Origin: Eledone cirrhosa
Taxonomy: Eukaryota
Reading direction: 5' to 3'
Assembly: GCA_964016885.1 (NCBI GenBank)
Contig: OZ024747.1
Coordinates: 14,570,001 to 14,634,000 of the forward strand
DNA: 64,000 nt
Part shown: positions 14,351 to 30,310 of the stretch, in pieces
Numbering within the stretch: position 1 is the stretch's first letter
Layout of the letters: each line of letters opens with the position of its first letter
Notes under the pieces: generated by a model
Databases searched by the model: none
What the model was told of the DNA's origin: nothing
Seen by the model: only the letters and a program-made list of their open reading frames with translations
Translations under genes and position numbers: made by a program

Positions 14351-15136
14351 AAAATAAGTCGAACAGTTAAGAGAAACAAGAGATTATAATTATTCCAATG
14401 AAGAATCTAATATAAGGTTGAGATTATGCCTTTTATTCCTTTTTATCCATTTCTATTTCTTTCTTTCATTCCACCCTTTGTCAACACAATAACTAATTCA
14501 TTTCGTCGAAGGCAACATTCCTTTTCTCCCCACAAAATGTTTCCGATATAAAGATGTATCCCCCCAAATCTTTAACTATTAGTTATATCAATATACTTTG
14601 CAGAGGAACACAACAAACGTTATTATTTTTTACTGAATTCTTGCAGACAAAGACACCACAAGACTTTGTGGAATTTCACGGACTTTATTTGATTATAACC
14701 AACAATTTAATCTCTTCTCCACCGTGGTTTGCTTTCCTGTATAATATATTTTTATATTACTTCTATTTTCAACTCTTAAATCTTAACTCTTCCTCCCTAC
14801 AACTCTACCCTTCTATTCATCCACCTTTTTACGAAACCTACAAACGAACGAATAAATCAATATCTATGTGGTCACCTGATTTCCTCCTATTAGACACAAC
14901 TGCCAAACGCCCCTAAAATATCCCACTACTAATACAAAAAATAAACAGATCGAACAACTTGATACAGCTTCCCTGTATCAACGTTAACGCGATATGTTCT
15001 GAGGGTGGTGGATTGGCAGAATTGTTAATAAGACGGACAAAATATTCTATAAGATTTCTTCATATTCTTTACATTAAATAAATAAATAAATGAACTCCCA
15101 TACTGAATCAAGTCTAAAAAAATGTCTAAAGTCAGT

Positions 15137-15400
15137 CTTAAGCCAGAAGGCTCATTTGGCCGGTGCTTATCCCGGTTTCATGGCGTGAAGCGAGTGAGAG
15201 TACAAGACCGCTCCCCTGGACAAGATGCTAGTCCATCGCAGGGTTAAACCCCCAGCTATTGCTGGTACTTATTTTTAGCTGAGTATACTGGACAAACGTG
15301 AAATGAAGTGTTTTGCACAAGAATTCAACACGCAACTCAAGAATCGAACCCACGACATGATGATCGCAAGTCCAACACCCTTACCACTAGGCCACCTGCC
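15137..15400 (-). mobile_element. tRNA-derived SINE, group-B head with a different 3' part
   Basis: Minus head GGTGGCCTAGTGGTAAGG..GGGTTCGATTC (A/B boxes); ACGTGAAATGAAGTGTTTTGCACAAGAA block; distal CCGGTGCTTATCCCGGTTTC. Confidence 0.75.
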
Positions 15401-15757
15401 TTCACATACTGAATCAAACAATCATTTAATTATTTGCTAATACATATATAGAACATTTAACACATGGAATCTTCATTTTTGATTCCCTAACGTACTTATT
15501 TGTTCATGTATATTTTATCTCATTCTCTCTTTATCCCCCTTATATCTTCACTCGTTCATTCGTTCATTCACTCATTCATTTATTCATTCATTCACTCATT
15601 CCCCCACTCACTCAATCACTCACTCATGTAGTTAGTCATAATCTCACTCACTTTCATTCTTTACTATATTACTCATCCCCCTCACACCAACTTGTACACC
15701 TACTCCGACACATTTACCACAATAAAATTTCAAGAGAATATAGGTCGGAGAAACAGT

Positions 15758-16122
<365 letters not shown>

Positions 16123-16704
16123 ATATACTTATACTTACATAATTACGAAAAAGAGATATATATTTATACAGATATACGAAAAAGAGAAAGATACTGCCCG
16201 CTACTTCACGTCTACTTATATCGTCCTTACCTCACCTTACTACCGACTTTAAAGTTGGTCGGTTGCTAAAAATCTCTTAGGCGATAGAAGTTTGTCTTTA
16301 AAAGCGGCGGTCATCAAAAACCTGTAAAATCTTTCATTAACATTACAGCAAGACACATATTACAGAATACCGTGTTAGTTTTAGCATGCTACACCCTGCT
16401 GTCTCCTACAATATTATCTTATACTCCAGCTGTGCTAGCTTGACATTGAATTATTTTGTTATCAGAGTACTTCGTGTCTAAACACTTTGGCCAGCCCAGC
16501 AAGTGTTTAGACTAAATGCCACTGTAGAGGTCATCAGGCAAACATAACGTACGTGAGAAATAAGAAAGAACGAAATATACAAACATGCATACGTGCGCAC
16601 ACAAACACACGTATGCATACACTCATGCACACTCATATCTCTATATAGTTATCGAAGTATAGATGAGAGAATTTTCATCGTATCAGAATATCTCTCTGTA
16701 TAAA

Positions 16705-16763
16705 AACACACACTCGCACATACACACACATACATACACTCACACAGACATACACTCGCACAC

Positions 16764-16862
<99 letters not shown>

Positions 16863-16985
16863 CGCGCGCGCACACACACACATACACACTCACACACACA
16901 CGCACACATATGTATATGTATATATTTATAAATATATGAGTATATATGTGTTTGAGTGTACAATATTGAGTTCATGTCTGTGTAA

Positions 16986-17058
<73 letters not shown>

Positions 17059-17095
17059 AAGATATATAGATAGATAGATAGATAGATAGATAGAC
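16705..17095. repeat. (CA)n followed by (GATA)n microsatellites
   Basis: Direct inspection. Confidence 0.9.
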
Positions 17096-17721
17096 AGTGA
17101 ATAGATAAATAGATGGTATATAGATAAATATATAAACCTAGGTGTACATATCGAAAATATACAGTGTGAAGGGAAATAAGAGTAGGAATGTAGTGGGGGT
17201 GAGGAGGGGATAAAAACGCCAGTATAATGAAATCTGAAGAACACACGCGAGTCATCTACCTTGCGATCCGTCTTTACATCCTTATCTCTAGGGTATATAA
17301 TGATAAACTTATAGGAGTTGAATTATAGTCATGTGGAGATTATAATGGTTCTTACGCAGAGACAATATCAGAAATACATATATTTATGTATTATTTTATG
17401 TAGAAAAGAGTGAGTCGATTACATTCTTCCTCAGTGTATTACTGGTATTTATTTCATCATTCCCAGGAAAGATGAAAATAAAAGTATTTTGTTTGACATT
17501 CTTAATGATTCCATTCTCCCATCGTTATATTATTTAACCGTTTTGTAAACATCCCAACCAAAACTATCTCTATTTCTCTGAAACAAACCCATCTATTTTA
17601 AAGAGATCTAAACTAAATTGAAGCCTCCCAGAATAATTTTATATTAGAACATTTGTTTATTCTATGTCACCTTACTTCTATGTCATCTAAATATCATCTC
17701 AATGAAATCATAATTTTAGTA

Positions 17722-18052
17722 AATAATTGTTTCTACTTTAGGCACAAGGCCAGCAATTACCCAGTGCATTACTAGTACTTTATTTTATCGACCCCGTAAG
17801 GATGAAATGCGAAGTCGACTTCGGCGGGATTTGAACTCAGATCGTAAAGGGACGTAATTATGCTGGAAAGCATGGCGTCCGACCCTCTACCGATACTGCC
17901 AATCCACCGCCTTTATATATATATAATTTTAGTAAATAATTGTTTCTATTTTAGGCACAAGGCCAGCAATTATCCAGTACATTACTGGTACTTTATTTTA
18001 TCGACCCCGTAAGGATGAAAGGCTAAGTTAACCTCGGCGGGATTTGAACTCA
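17722..18052 (-). mobile_element. Two tandem SINE-A copies (17722-17911 full, 17935-18052 truncated)
   Basis: Both are preceded by the identical flank ATAATTTTAGTAAATAATTG (TSD-like, nested insertion at a tail). Confidence 0.85.
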
Positions 18053-18829
18053 ATGTATATGTACATAGTGGGTAAGTGAGACAGCATCCATGTGTATATA
18101 GACATGTAAAGAATGCCGGAAAATAGGAATTTCCCTGTAAATATGTTCTATCATTGACACAAGGTCAGCATTTAGGGAGAAAGTGAAAGTAGATTATCAC
18201 GATCCTAGTACTTAAATGGTACTTTAATTGTTTTTTAAACGGGAAGATAAAAAGCTATGTGTACTTCGTCAAGATGTGACATCATGACAAAAAGAGTCAT
18301 AATTTAATACCGCAAACCATTTTGTCCGACTCTCTACCTACACCGCTAATCCAACCAAACATCAAACTAACTGATTAATTGAATTAAGGATCAAAATATC
18401 AACATGTCGTATGCCGTATCAAGAAAGCTATTACATATGGTATGTGGTACATTGTGAATATTATGAGCAACGTTCAACTTCTTCGTGTTATATCTACAAT
18501 AGTATAGCCATTTGAAATTAAGCCTATTAAATTTTTAATGTTGACTCTCTATATTCACTTAAGCGTATAAATATTTAACAAGGTTGTTCAAGGTTATTAT
18601 TAATGGACTGTAACAAGTGATTCTAATATGAAACAAGTTTTCGATATATCCTCCTTATAATAAGAAAAATATATCAGCTGTCCAGTCAAGTGCCTGACTC
18701 CATTCATACATACATAGGGGCTGCCAACTCGTTTTCGAGTACGGCCACTACTTTATATTCATGTAGGAGAATCCCTACCGATGGGCTGAACGAGTGTGAC
18801 TTTTTAGTCCAGCCAGCGACTTGAAAACT

Positions 18830-19322
18830 CTGGGAAAAACACTACACTTGTGACAATTATTGACACATAGTGCTGGGCCCATGGTACCATGTGACGACAG
18901 GTGCAGAGAGATCTCCAGATATAAAGCAATGCCTGTGCCGTGAAGCTTTTATAGTGAGCAAAGGCACTGCACAAAGCCAGTCCCACTCTCTTAACCAAGA
19001 TGATATTTACCAAAAAGAAGAACAAGTCAACATCATTGGATACCATCAGAGTTGCAGGTGTTATATCAGAGTTTTCCTTCTCCTAGAATTCTGCCTTGAC
19101 AAAGACTAAGGGGTCATCTCTCCCGGTGATTTTGGATGGCCATTGACTCTTAAGAGCTCCTTTGCCCTTTCACAGGTTTTGATTTTAGTCCTGGAGGATG
19201 TCCAAAGTCACCCTCCTCATCAAGAAACCTTGGTGGGGTTGCCAATTTAGTCGCCAACGACCCGACCATGGGACAGGTTGTACTGGGATACATGTTACCA
19301 GTAGCACCAATTGGTGACCTGA
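18830..19322 (-). mobile_element. Probable RTE-clade LINE 5' region, decayed
   Basis: GC-richer block with GAGTTTTCCTTCTCCTAG and TTTAGTCGCC..CGACC..ATGGG motifs that I recall from antisense RTE 5'UTRs; no intact ORF. Confidence 0.4.
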
Positions 19323-19425
19323 CATATATATACATACATACATACACACATACATACATACACACATACATACATGCATACATATATATATATATATATA
19401 TTATTATTTTTATTATTATTATAAA

Positions 19426-19569
19426 GTTACGGCCCTTGCCATTCTGAGTTCAAATCCCACGGAGGTTAACTTTGCCTTTCATCCTTACGGGGTCGATTAA
19501 ATAAAGTACCAGTAATACACTGGCGTAATTATTGGCCTTGTGCTAAAAGTAGAAACAATTATTATTATT
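19426..19569 (+). mobile_element. SINE family A, 5'-truncated, (ATT)n tail
   Basis: Matches consensus; ends GAAACAATTATTATTATTA. Confidence 0.85.
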
Positions 19570-19881
19570 AGAATGTGAACAACAGAAAATATCACTACTC
19601 CATTACCAAAGGTTTCTGGATCCCAGACAATAATAATATACGTCGTTGTGTTGCTCACTTTTTGATTGGATAGCTCTGTTCTATAGAGAGAGCACTCTTT
19701 TTTCCTTCGCTTTCCCTTCGGAATTACCTTACACACACACACGCACATATATAGCTGATCGCTCCGTGATAAACAGGCGAAACTCCAGATTAATAAGACT
19801 CACTATTTAGCCTTAATAAAATCAATATAATATAAATATGTGTGTGAGTCAGTGTGTGCGTGTGTGCGCGCGTGTGTGCGC

Positions 19882-19928
<47 letters not shown>

Positions 19929-22136
19929 CGTGTGCGTGGGTGTGTGTCTGTCGGTCTCTGTGTCTGTGTGTGTGTGTGATGTAAGTAGAGACTAAAGCGC
20001 AATTGCGTTTTCAATGCTTGATATGAAGCTTTATAACATGATGATGCGTATTATCTTTATCTTTATAAGGGTAGTGAATTGCTTTCAAACTAGAAATGAA
20101 ACCATCTATAGTCTCAGCTGTGCGGAAGCCTATCTTTTGCTCTACGCTCCATGCCACCATATAATCAGTAATTAATATAATTTGCTGCTAATAGAAACCA
20201 TTAAGAATTTAAAACTATAAAGTGCTTATGTCTAACAACATTGGTATTCATTGTGTTATTTCGTACCTCATTGAAGCAATAACAACACGTCAAAATAAGC
20301 ATTACTAGACCTCCTTAATGACATGAATAGGAGCAAGGGGATACGTATATAGATAATTAGATATACATACACATACACATACACCGAAACACACACACAC
20401 ACACACATGTATATTTATAGAGATATAGATAGATAGACAAATAGAAACCTACATATATATATATATGTGTGTGTGTGTGCGTATATATGCGTATATATGC
20501 GTATATTTATATGTGTATATATATATGTGTGTATGTATATATATATATAAATATATATATATATGCACCTATTTAGGAATATATACGTTATATTCTACCA
20601 GTAAATAACACGAGTGTCAATTTATAATATTCTTTTCTTCTGCTCCTTTTGTTCGAATTGTCCGCTGGGATTTGATTTGTATAGATAGAAGTTAATGCCA
20701 AAATTTAGTTATGAGAAAATAATACGAATAAATAAAAATAATTCAATACATAATGGAAGGAAATATAATGAAAAGCAAGATCCTCTCGAGAATTCTTGGA
20801 AAACATAAAGAATGATGCATTTTGTTAGGGAATTTTGATTCATAGAAAATATGTATATTTTTTTATGTACTTTGTAAATTTCTTCCTCATAATTCGACAA
20901 TTAGCCACAGGCACACACAGTTTGTAATTAAGGGAAACTCCCCAGTTGGTATATAATACAGCATCTACTTTGTCTACACCGTATAGTTAGTTATATAGGA
21001 AGAAAAATAGATATGTTTATATTCGTGATTAATACACGAAGAAGGGCCACTTAGAAATGTGTTACACGCGACAGGACTGCAGCAGATTTTCATTTTTCCA
21101 ATTAATTTTCATTTTGAAACGAAAAAATCAGATAATTGGAAAGATTCGCCAAATGATAAAGACATTTAATATATTTATAACTTTTGTGTATATATTCTTA
21201 AAGCCAACGTATTATTTTCCATGCTAACAATTTCTTTTATTATTTATTACTGTTATTCAATAATAAAAGCGTTAGCATTATAATTATCGTTATTCTTCTT
21301 ATTATTATTATTATAATATATTCAATAATCATACTTTGTATTGCGTGCTTTTACTGCACAGCCGAGCAAACTCTGTGGGCCTTGGCTCTGTGTAGTGTTT
21401 TGTTTCCGTTTTGTCTTTCTATTGTATTTTACGTAACGTGTATGCAGTTTCTAGTAGTGCTATTTTCAGCGTTACCTAGTAGTGAATATTAGTCAGTCCT
21501 CGGCTTTTGATTATGAATTTACTTGCATATATTTTAATCACTCCCAAGACATATGTTATTGTAGCACTTGTTTCTATTTTCAGTTCATTGCATTCTTCTT
21601 TCCAATTTCTAGATATTCATATTTGGAAAGCAATTCCAGCGCGGAAGAGACATTTCTGACATTTAAAAACACAAAAACTTGTTGATTTTACTCTATCATT
21701 TATCTATTGTCAACCTGTTCCTTACACTCTCTATAAACTGGTCAATAACTAAATTTTGACGTCAAGAAATAAAAGATAAATATAAAGTAAAATTAATAGA
21801 CAATCAGATCTCTTTAGTTTCAACACACGGTCTCGGATCAAGTCATTTCCTAGTCATAAACAACTCCGAAATATATGGGGTATAATTTCTACATGTCTTT
21901 GAGAAATCTTTTGTACTTCTATAACAAGACACTGGCACTCTCTGTCAACAGAATCCTGTTGATTAACACTGATATTCCTCTCAGTGTGTGTGTGGTGTAT
22001 CTAAGAGTTTGGTCACTTTGTTATTCCTTGAGACATGTTCTAATGTATGCTTATACATGCGCTTTTCTGTTGCTATTTCATAGAGTTGGCATAACATTGC
22101 AGCTCTTTTATGCCTTTAGATACATTCTTTCTTGAT

Positions 22137-22167
<31 letters not shown>

Positions 22168-22264
22168 CACCACCACCACCACCACCACCACCACCACCAC
22201 CAACACCACTACTACTACTACTACTACTGCTACTACTACTACCACCACCACCACCACCACCACC

Positions 22265-22327
<63 letters not shown>
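22137..22327. repeat. Alternating (CTA)n/(CCA)n compound trinucleotide repeat
   Basis: Five alternating blocks in register. Confidence 0.95.
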
Positions 22328-22328
<1 letters not shown>

Positions 22329-22369
22329 CCTGATTACTGGAAACTGATAAAGGTTTGCTAACGTTATTT

Positions 22370-23060
22370 ATTGGCTGTATCGGTGGAGGGTCGGACGCCA
22401 TGCTTTTCAGCATAGTTACGTCCCTTTACGGTCTGAGTTCAAATCCCGTCGAGGTTAAATTTGCCTTTCCTCCTTACGGGGTCGATAAAATAAAGTACCA
22501 GTCATGCACTGGCTAATTGCTGGCCTTGTGCCAAAAGTAGAAACAGTTATTTATTGGATAGACCCCCACACATCGGGTATAGCGTCCATCATTGTTTGAT
22601 CTTACTGCAGCAACTAGTGCAATATACAAATTGTTTGTAAATATAATTGTTTCTACTTTTGGCACAAGGCCAGCAATTATCCCAGTGTATTACTGGTACT
22701 TTATTTTATCGACCTCGTAAGGATAATGCACGGTAAGAATAAACGAGATAAACGAGATAAATTGATAATTTAATTATAAAAGTGCGATTATATTATATTT
22801 GCATCATAGAATGCGTTTGAGTAAAAATTTACAATGTTTTAATAGTAAATCTAATTAGGATAGATTGATATATAATTGTTTCTACTTTAGGCACAAGGCC
22901 AGCAATTACCCAGTGCATTACTGGTACTTTATTTTATCGACCCCGTAAGGATGAAAGGCAAAGTCAACCTCGGCGGGATTTGAACTCAGATCATAAAGGG
23001 ACGTAACTATGCTGGAAAGCATGGCGTCCGACCCTCTACCGATACAGCCAATCCACCGCC
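22370..23060. mobile_element. Cluster of three SINE-A copies (22370-22550 +, 22644-22724 - partial, 22873-23060 - full)
   Basis: Matches to consensus in both orientations. Confidence 0.85.
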
Positions 23061-23096
23061 CGCCAATAATGATCACGAAAAGTATTAGTGGTTAGC

Positions 23097-23413
<317 letters not shown>

Positions 23414-23435
23414 TATATATATATATATATATATA

Positions 23436-23737
<302 letters not shown>

Positions 23738-25325
23738 GTCTGTGTGTGTGTGTGTGTAGGTATATAGTTTCCTATCCTGAACAAGCAAGGGCTCCAAAGG
23801 AAAGAAGTAATCTAACTGAATGGGAAGGAGTGACTCCCCAATACACTTCGACATCTAAACTACATAGCACTAATTCACTCCACTCCGCATTGTAGCGTAA
23901 CTTAATTAGCATTTAATTCTCAGAGGTAGTTAATTACATAATATTTCGATATATTATAGACATTCGTCTTCATTACATCATGTAACTCCTAGCCTCTTCT
24001 CTTTATAGACAGTGTTTACAATAATTTCTAATACTTCTTGATTAACGGACTATAAATATTTTGCAGTATTTAGTTATTACCTTTATGAACAATTATATTA
24101 TCATTTACGTTATATTGTTAACATGTTTGCTAAACATATATTGAAATAGATTCGATCGACTGCATTTCTTCTTTCTCACATATTATTGGCTTTGTAGCAA
24201 AGTAAAAATGTGAACCTTTATCAGAAACGAATGCAATTGGGTGGATGAACTGATAGATACAATTTTTAATTTTCTTTACTTTCGTCAGTTTACGATATGA
24301 GTTCAAATCTTATCAGATGTAATCTTATTCTTGTATCCATCTGCTGGTGAGAAACCTGTACCTTGTATATAACGTTGATAATTCAATCTACTATAAACTT
24401 CGAATTTAAGTAAGAAATCATTATTTATGATACATCGTGTACAATGAAAATTACCTGAGATAAATATTAGCATCTGAAAGATGGAATATTTAAATATATT
24501 CGAATCCAAATTTCCATCCTAGAAATTTTAATAGAGGAAGATGAAAAAAACATTTAGGATTCGCAATTTGATTTTTTTTTATGTTTGTGATTTTATCTTA
24601 CTTTTACATTTATATAGTCATGTTTTAATTCTTTGGGAAATATATGTAAATTAAGAAAAATGAATTAAATATATATTGGTATTAACTATAAACGGTCAGA
24701 AGATAATTACCATGACAAAGTAAAAATAGATAAAACATTAATTATGTTTCGATAGAATAAGTATGAAATGCAAATACGCTTACTTGGTAACGTACATAGT
24801 AAATGGAATTGCGTTCAAGATAATTTTTCGCTGTGCTGCAGTTCTAAAAGAAAAAATAATATGCAGAAATCTAATTGGTTTCCGTATATTTTGTATAATG
24901 TCCCGCAGTGGGAGCAGTGCTTCCCTGAAAAGAAACAGAAAAAGGGAGAGAGAGTGAGAGAGAGGGGGTAGAGGGACAGAGAGAGAGACAGAGGGAGAGA
25001 GATAGAAAATGAGGGAGAGATATTGAGGGGGGAAAAGAATAATGGAAGAAGGGAAAGACAAAGTGTGTATGGTTTTTAAAAAAAGAAAATGAATAAAATT
25101 AGATTCAACATATATTCATTTATATCTCGATGTTAGAGCAATAGCCAAAGGGTGTACAAACTGGAGTGTACCTGTATCACAACATATGATGGTGACGACG
25201 ACGACGACAATGATGATGATGATGATGATGATGATGATGGTGGCGGTGGTGGTGAGGATAAAGAAGAAAAAAGAAAAATTAAACTACGAATAAAATGAGA
25301 AAATTAAATGAACACGAATATCGGC

Positions 25326-25359
<34 letters not shown>

Positions 25360-25404
25360 TTGTTTATATGTGTGTGTGTTTGTTTATATGTGTGTGTGTT
25401 TGTT

Positions 25405-25436
<32 letters not shown>

Positions 25437-26054
25437 CATATATATATATACATATATATGAAAATATAGCGACATACATATATATATATATAAACAGAGA
25501 GAGAGAGAGGGGGGGGGGGAGTGAGTGAGAGAGAAAGAAAGAGAGGGAGAGAGAGAGGAGGGGAGATGGATAGATAGATAGAGAGAAAAATATTTATGTA
25601 TGCGTATATATAGACATTTATTTCAAAAAATCAATTGCTATCCTTTCCTATCTTCCTGTTTGGGATCCACACTTCCGTGAAAGAACGGTCGCATTCATTA
25701 GCGGACCCTTAAGATGCTGCTTAGAAATGCGCATATTCATTGAAAATTATTAGTTGAAATTTTGCCCAAGCATCTTCGTCGCCAAAAATACAGCTCTGGG
25801 TATGAATGTAAAGGTCAAGAGTGTTTAAGAAAGTTTTAAAATTGAAAATATTTTTCTCTAAACGCAAATTATTTATCGCTTTATTTACTGAAAAATCATC
25901 ATGAACAAGCCATCAAGCCATCTGTAATATATGATTTCAATTCCATATTACCTACTTCGCTATTGCTTAAATTCATAAATGAATTAATAAATAAATAAAT
26001 AGATTCATACAGAAATAGCAAATATACAGATTTGTTTCTATGCCTAGATGCCTG

Positions 26055-26056
<2 letters not shown>

Positions 26057-26141
<85 letters not shown>

Positions 26142-26207
26142 TATATATATATATATCTGTGTGTATATATATATATGTATACACACAGATATATATATAT
26201 ATATATA

Positions 26208-26245
<38 letters not shown>

Positions 26246-26275
26246 GATATATATATATATATATATATATATCTG

Positions 26276-26324
<49 letters not shown>

Positions 26325-26375
26325 CACACACACACACACATATATATACACACATACACACACACATACACACAC

Positions 26376-26425
<50 letters not shown>
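26057..26425. repeat. (TA)n/(CA)n mosaic
   Basis: Direct inspection. Confidence 0.9.
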
Positions 26426-26428
<3 letters not shown>

Positions 26429-26846
26429 GATATCTATAAATAGATACTTGCATGCATAGAAACGTTTACGCACAAGAATATATATATATATATATGTAAT
26501 TGTGTATATATATATATTCACACCATAATGATAAATATACAAATTTCACTGTCTGCCTTGATGTTGTACAAACATTAAATTTGTTAGTATATGTTTGGGC
26601 TTGTTTTTTCAAATATATATATGTTTGTTGGTTGTTGAGATGTAAATAAAACATGTACTATATTCCTGCAGAATATCCATATTTGTGTGTATGTAGTTGT
26701 ATCGGTACATTATGCTTGTACGTTGGTATCATGTATAGACATAATTGCTTGCATAATAATTATGAGTAACATACATATGAATATATACATGCTTTCATAT
26801 ATGTTGTTAGTGTATATAGGATTGTTCATACATACACATACACACA

Positions 26847-26923
<77 letters not shown>

Positions 26924-26937
26924 GAAAAGTATAGAAA

Positions 26938-27021
<84 letters not shown>

Positions 27022-28541
27022 GTGTGTGTATGTGTATATACAGAGAGAGGGGAAGAGGGATTGAGTGAGAGAGAGAGAAAGAGAGAGAGAGAGTGAGAGA
27101 GAGAGAGATGTAGAATTAAATATATATATTCGTGAATATATTCTTTTTAAACATTTGTATATAATCATATATTCCTCTGTCGTATTGCTAATATATATAG
27201 CTGCAAGATAATATATTCCATTATACATATTTCTTATTCTGAATCGTTAAATTGTTCGAAACTTTCAACTGTTTACCAGAAATAATTGTATGACAATATG
27301 TTTATTCTCAGTATTTATTTGAGACTGTGTACGATGATATTATTCACTATATATCCATATTATTCAAGATATATCCATTGAAATGTATTTATATGATTCA
27401 AAAATCCATGTGAAACTACGGGAGTTGATGATGAAGTTGTCCCTTACTTTTCTTTATATCCTTGTAATTGGCGAAATATTTATCCCCTATAGGGTGAATG
27501 TTGTCAGATACTTGCCTGTGGTCATGTTGAGGGACAGCTTTTAAGAGTTTCACTCAAAATAATCGACACCAGAACTATCGTTTTATATTCGTTTTATCAG
27601 TCCCTTCTTTAAATAGTGAGAACCCAATGACTTGAAAGAGATACTACATGGCCTCCCGACCGACTCTAGAAGAATTGCGCCTACTTACTGCCTATTAGCA
27701 TCATTTATTTAGTGCGGTTCCATTTAACCCGGTACCAAGTTGTTGCGAAGCATTCTAATAAACTATATTGTCAATCCTGTGCCCAGACTATATAAATGCA
27801 CTAACATGTAAAGAATGCCCCACCTCTTAGATAATTTCAACCGTATTGTTTTTTGTTTTGTTTTCATAACGTTAGGTTCACACGCACATTTTTCAAATAT
27901 AGACACACTTTTATGCTTAACACAATTGTTATCAACGACAACACCATCATCTACAACAAAAGCAACAGACAGAACTGTAACGAAACGGGGAGAAAGATAA
28001 ACTGTGAATCACTGACAGAATAAATCTGAAAGAATTTGTGAGAAAATAATTACCAGTAACTACACCAACGCTACAAAGAAACCCTGAACTTTGTATCAAG
28101 GGCAAAAATAAACGGTAACAAATTTGTTTTTGCTGAGTGATCGCTGGTGAAGTATAGTCGAGAGACATTTAATGTTGTACGATAATTTCTTATTATGGTA
28201 GGGACATCTTTTGAACGATGTCTTCAAAGAGACTAATAAATAAGCCGAAGGTGTGTCTTGGTAGGTAGATTTAAGATATCTCAATAATGCTATAACGCGG
28301 TTAACCCAAACCAAAATGGATTTGAGGTTTTATCAACTTTATATGTATTCATGATGTGTCATGTCTACAAGGAAAACTCTACAAGGAATACTCTATCGTT
28401 ACAATTAAATGGATTTCATTTATTTACAATGAAGAAAATATCTATATTTATGACTGCTTTTCAACTAACATCTTTGCGTATGTTTGTGTATGCTTGTTCG
28501 CGTACATGTGCTTCTGAGTGGGTATAGTTATATACATACAT

Positions 28542-28647
<106 letters not shown>

Positions 28648-29785
28648 GAGTGTGTTTGTGTGTGAGTGATTGTGAGAGAGTTTCAATTAGAATCAGAACT
28701 TTTCAAATCATGTTGTTCCTAAAACAACTCCCTAAAGAATGCCTCAATAGATTTCATTTCAAAATGATACATTTCACTAATATAGGCACTGCATATGGAC
28801 CATATCTAATGATGTATTTAAACTGATGTTAATGCTTCCATTAAGGATGTTTAGAATTTGTTGTTTTAGGCTAAATGTGGTGTTGTTATTCATAGCATGA
28901 TGTACATAAATTCTTCTTTATATAACAGTTCAGTCGATAAATTATATTGCAATACATTTGTCAGTTTGCAATTTATATCATTAAGGTTCTTCTTCCGTTT
29001 TTCAACCAAGGATATACATAAGATCTCTTGTTTTAGAAGAGAGAGGTGGGAGAGATGAAAAGAGTTGGGGGTGAGAGAGAGACGGGGAAAGGGAATTGCT
29101 ACTTCTAGATTGGCATTTCAATCATTTATTCCAAAAAGATAAACATCTATGTTGATCTCGCCGGAATATGAACTCAGATGAAAGAAGCGAAATGCATACT
29201 GTAAAGCCTCCTAACTGACCTTTTACCAACTCTGGCAATTCACAAGCATTTCTAATACATACACCTCAATGATAAGGTGTGTACGGGTTTACAATTAAGT
29301 CCCACATTAGTGGTCATATACAGGAACAACTTTAACAGCAAGGTTATTCATAAACATTCCCATATCTTACATATTATGTATATCGTTATTGCGATTAATA
29401 CGGAAAAACAGAGATGGACTAAATGATTTCGAAATTCAACAGAACAGAATCAGAAATTCAGACCACAACACACAACATCATCCTATTTTGATGTAACACT
29501 AAGAGTAGGGAGAAAACATATGACACCACAACATACTATAAGTTTCTATCTATTCATAAGGCTACAGAGTGTTTCCATCAATGTAAAGTATCTGTAATAT
29601 AAATCCATTCTGAAGAAGATATTTATATTTCCAGCGACTAAGAAGATTTAATAAAGGAAGCCATATGAGTTAAACAATAACAGCAGAGCGCGACGGAACA
29701 CACACGCACACACACACAAACACACACACATACACCCACACACCCACACACAAATATATATATATATTCTACCCGCCGAAATGCG

Positions 29786-29861
<76 letters not shown>

Positions 29862-29867
<6 letters not shown>

Positions 29868-30270
29868 AACAGAAATAAGAACACAATCGGTACAGTATAT
29901 GGAAGGGTTATATTAGGTTAACACTTGATATAGCAGGAAGAGGATCTTAACGTTTCGGACGCTAGTCCTTCGTCAGAAGAAAGAATGAGAAATAAGAGAG
30001 ATTGAGGGGACGGGTGGAGTGGAATTGGAAAAAATGTCTTTAGATAAAAATAACAAGTCCATACATGTTGACATCTGTGTGTGGGTGTGTGAGAAGGGGC
30101 GGACTGGCAAGCTCGTCAGCTTGGCTGATGGTGAGTGGGCCCCACTGGGAGCCACGGCATTACTTTAGGCACCAATGCAAAAGCATCCCTTTCAAAGAAA
30201 ATATCAGAAAAATCCTGTAGAAAGAGTAAAAAATTAAATAAAAACCAAATAAAACAATTAAACACATTAT
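29862..30270 (-). mobile_element. Penelope-like 3'-terminal fragment carrying a minimal hammerhead
   Basis: Unique block between two (TA)n tracts containing the HHR at 29945-29980; boundaries approximate. Confidence 0.55.
29945..29980 (-). ncRNA. Minimal type-I hammerhead ribozyme (Penelope-type)
   Basis: Minus strand: TCTT-CTGACGA-A-GGAC tagc GTCC-GAAA-CGTT-AAGA. Stem I TCTT/AAGA, perfect stem II, palindromic ACGT stem III that can only form as a dimer. Confidence 0.75.
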
Positions 30271-30310
30271 ATATATATAAATATATATATATAATATAAA
30301 TATATATATA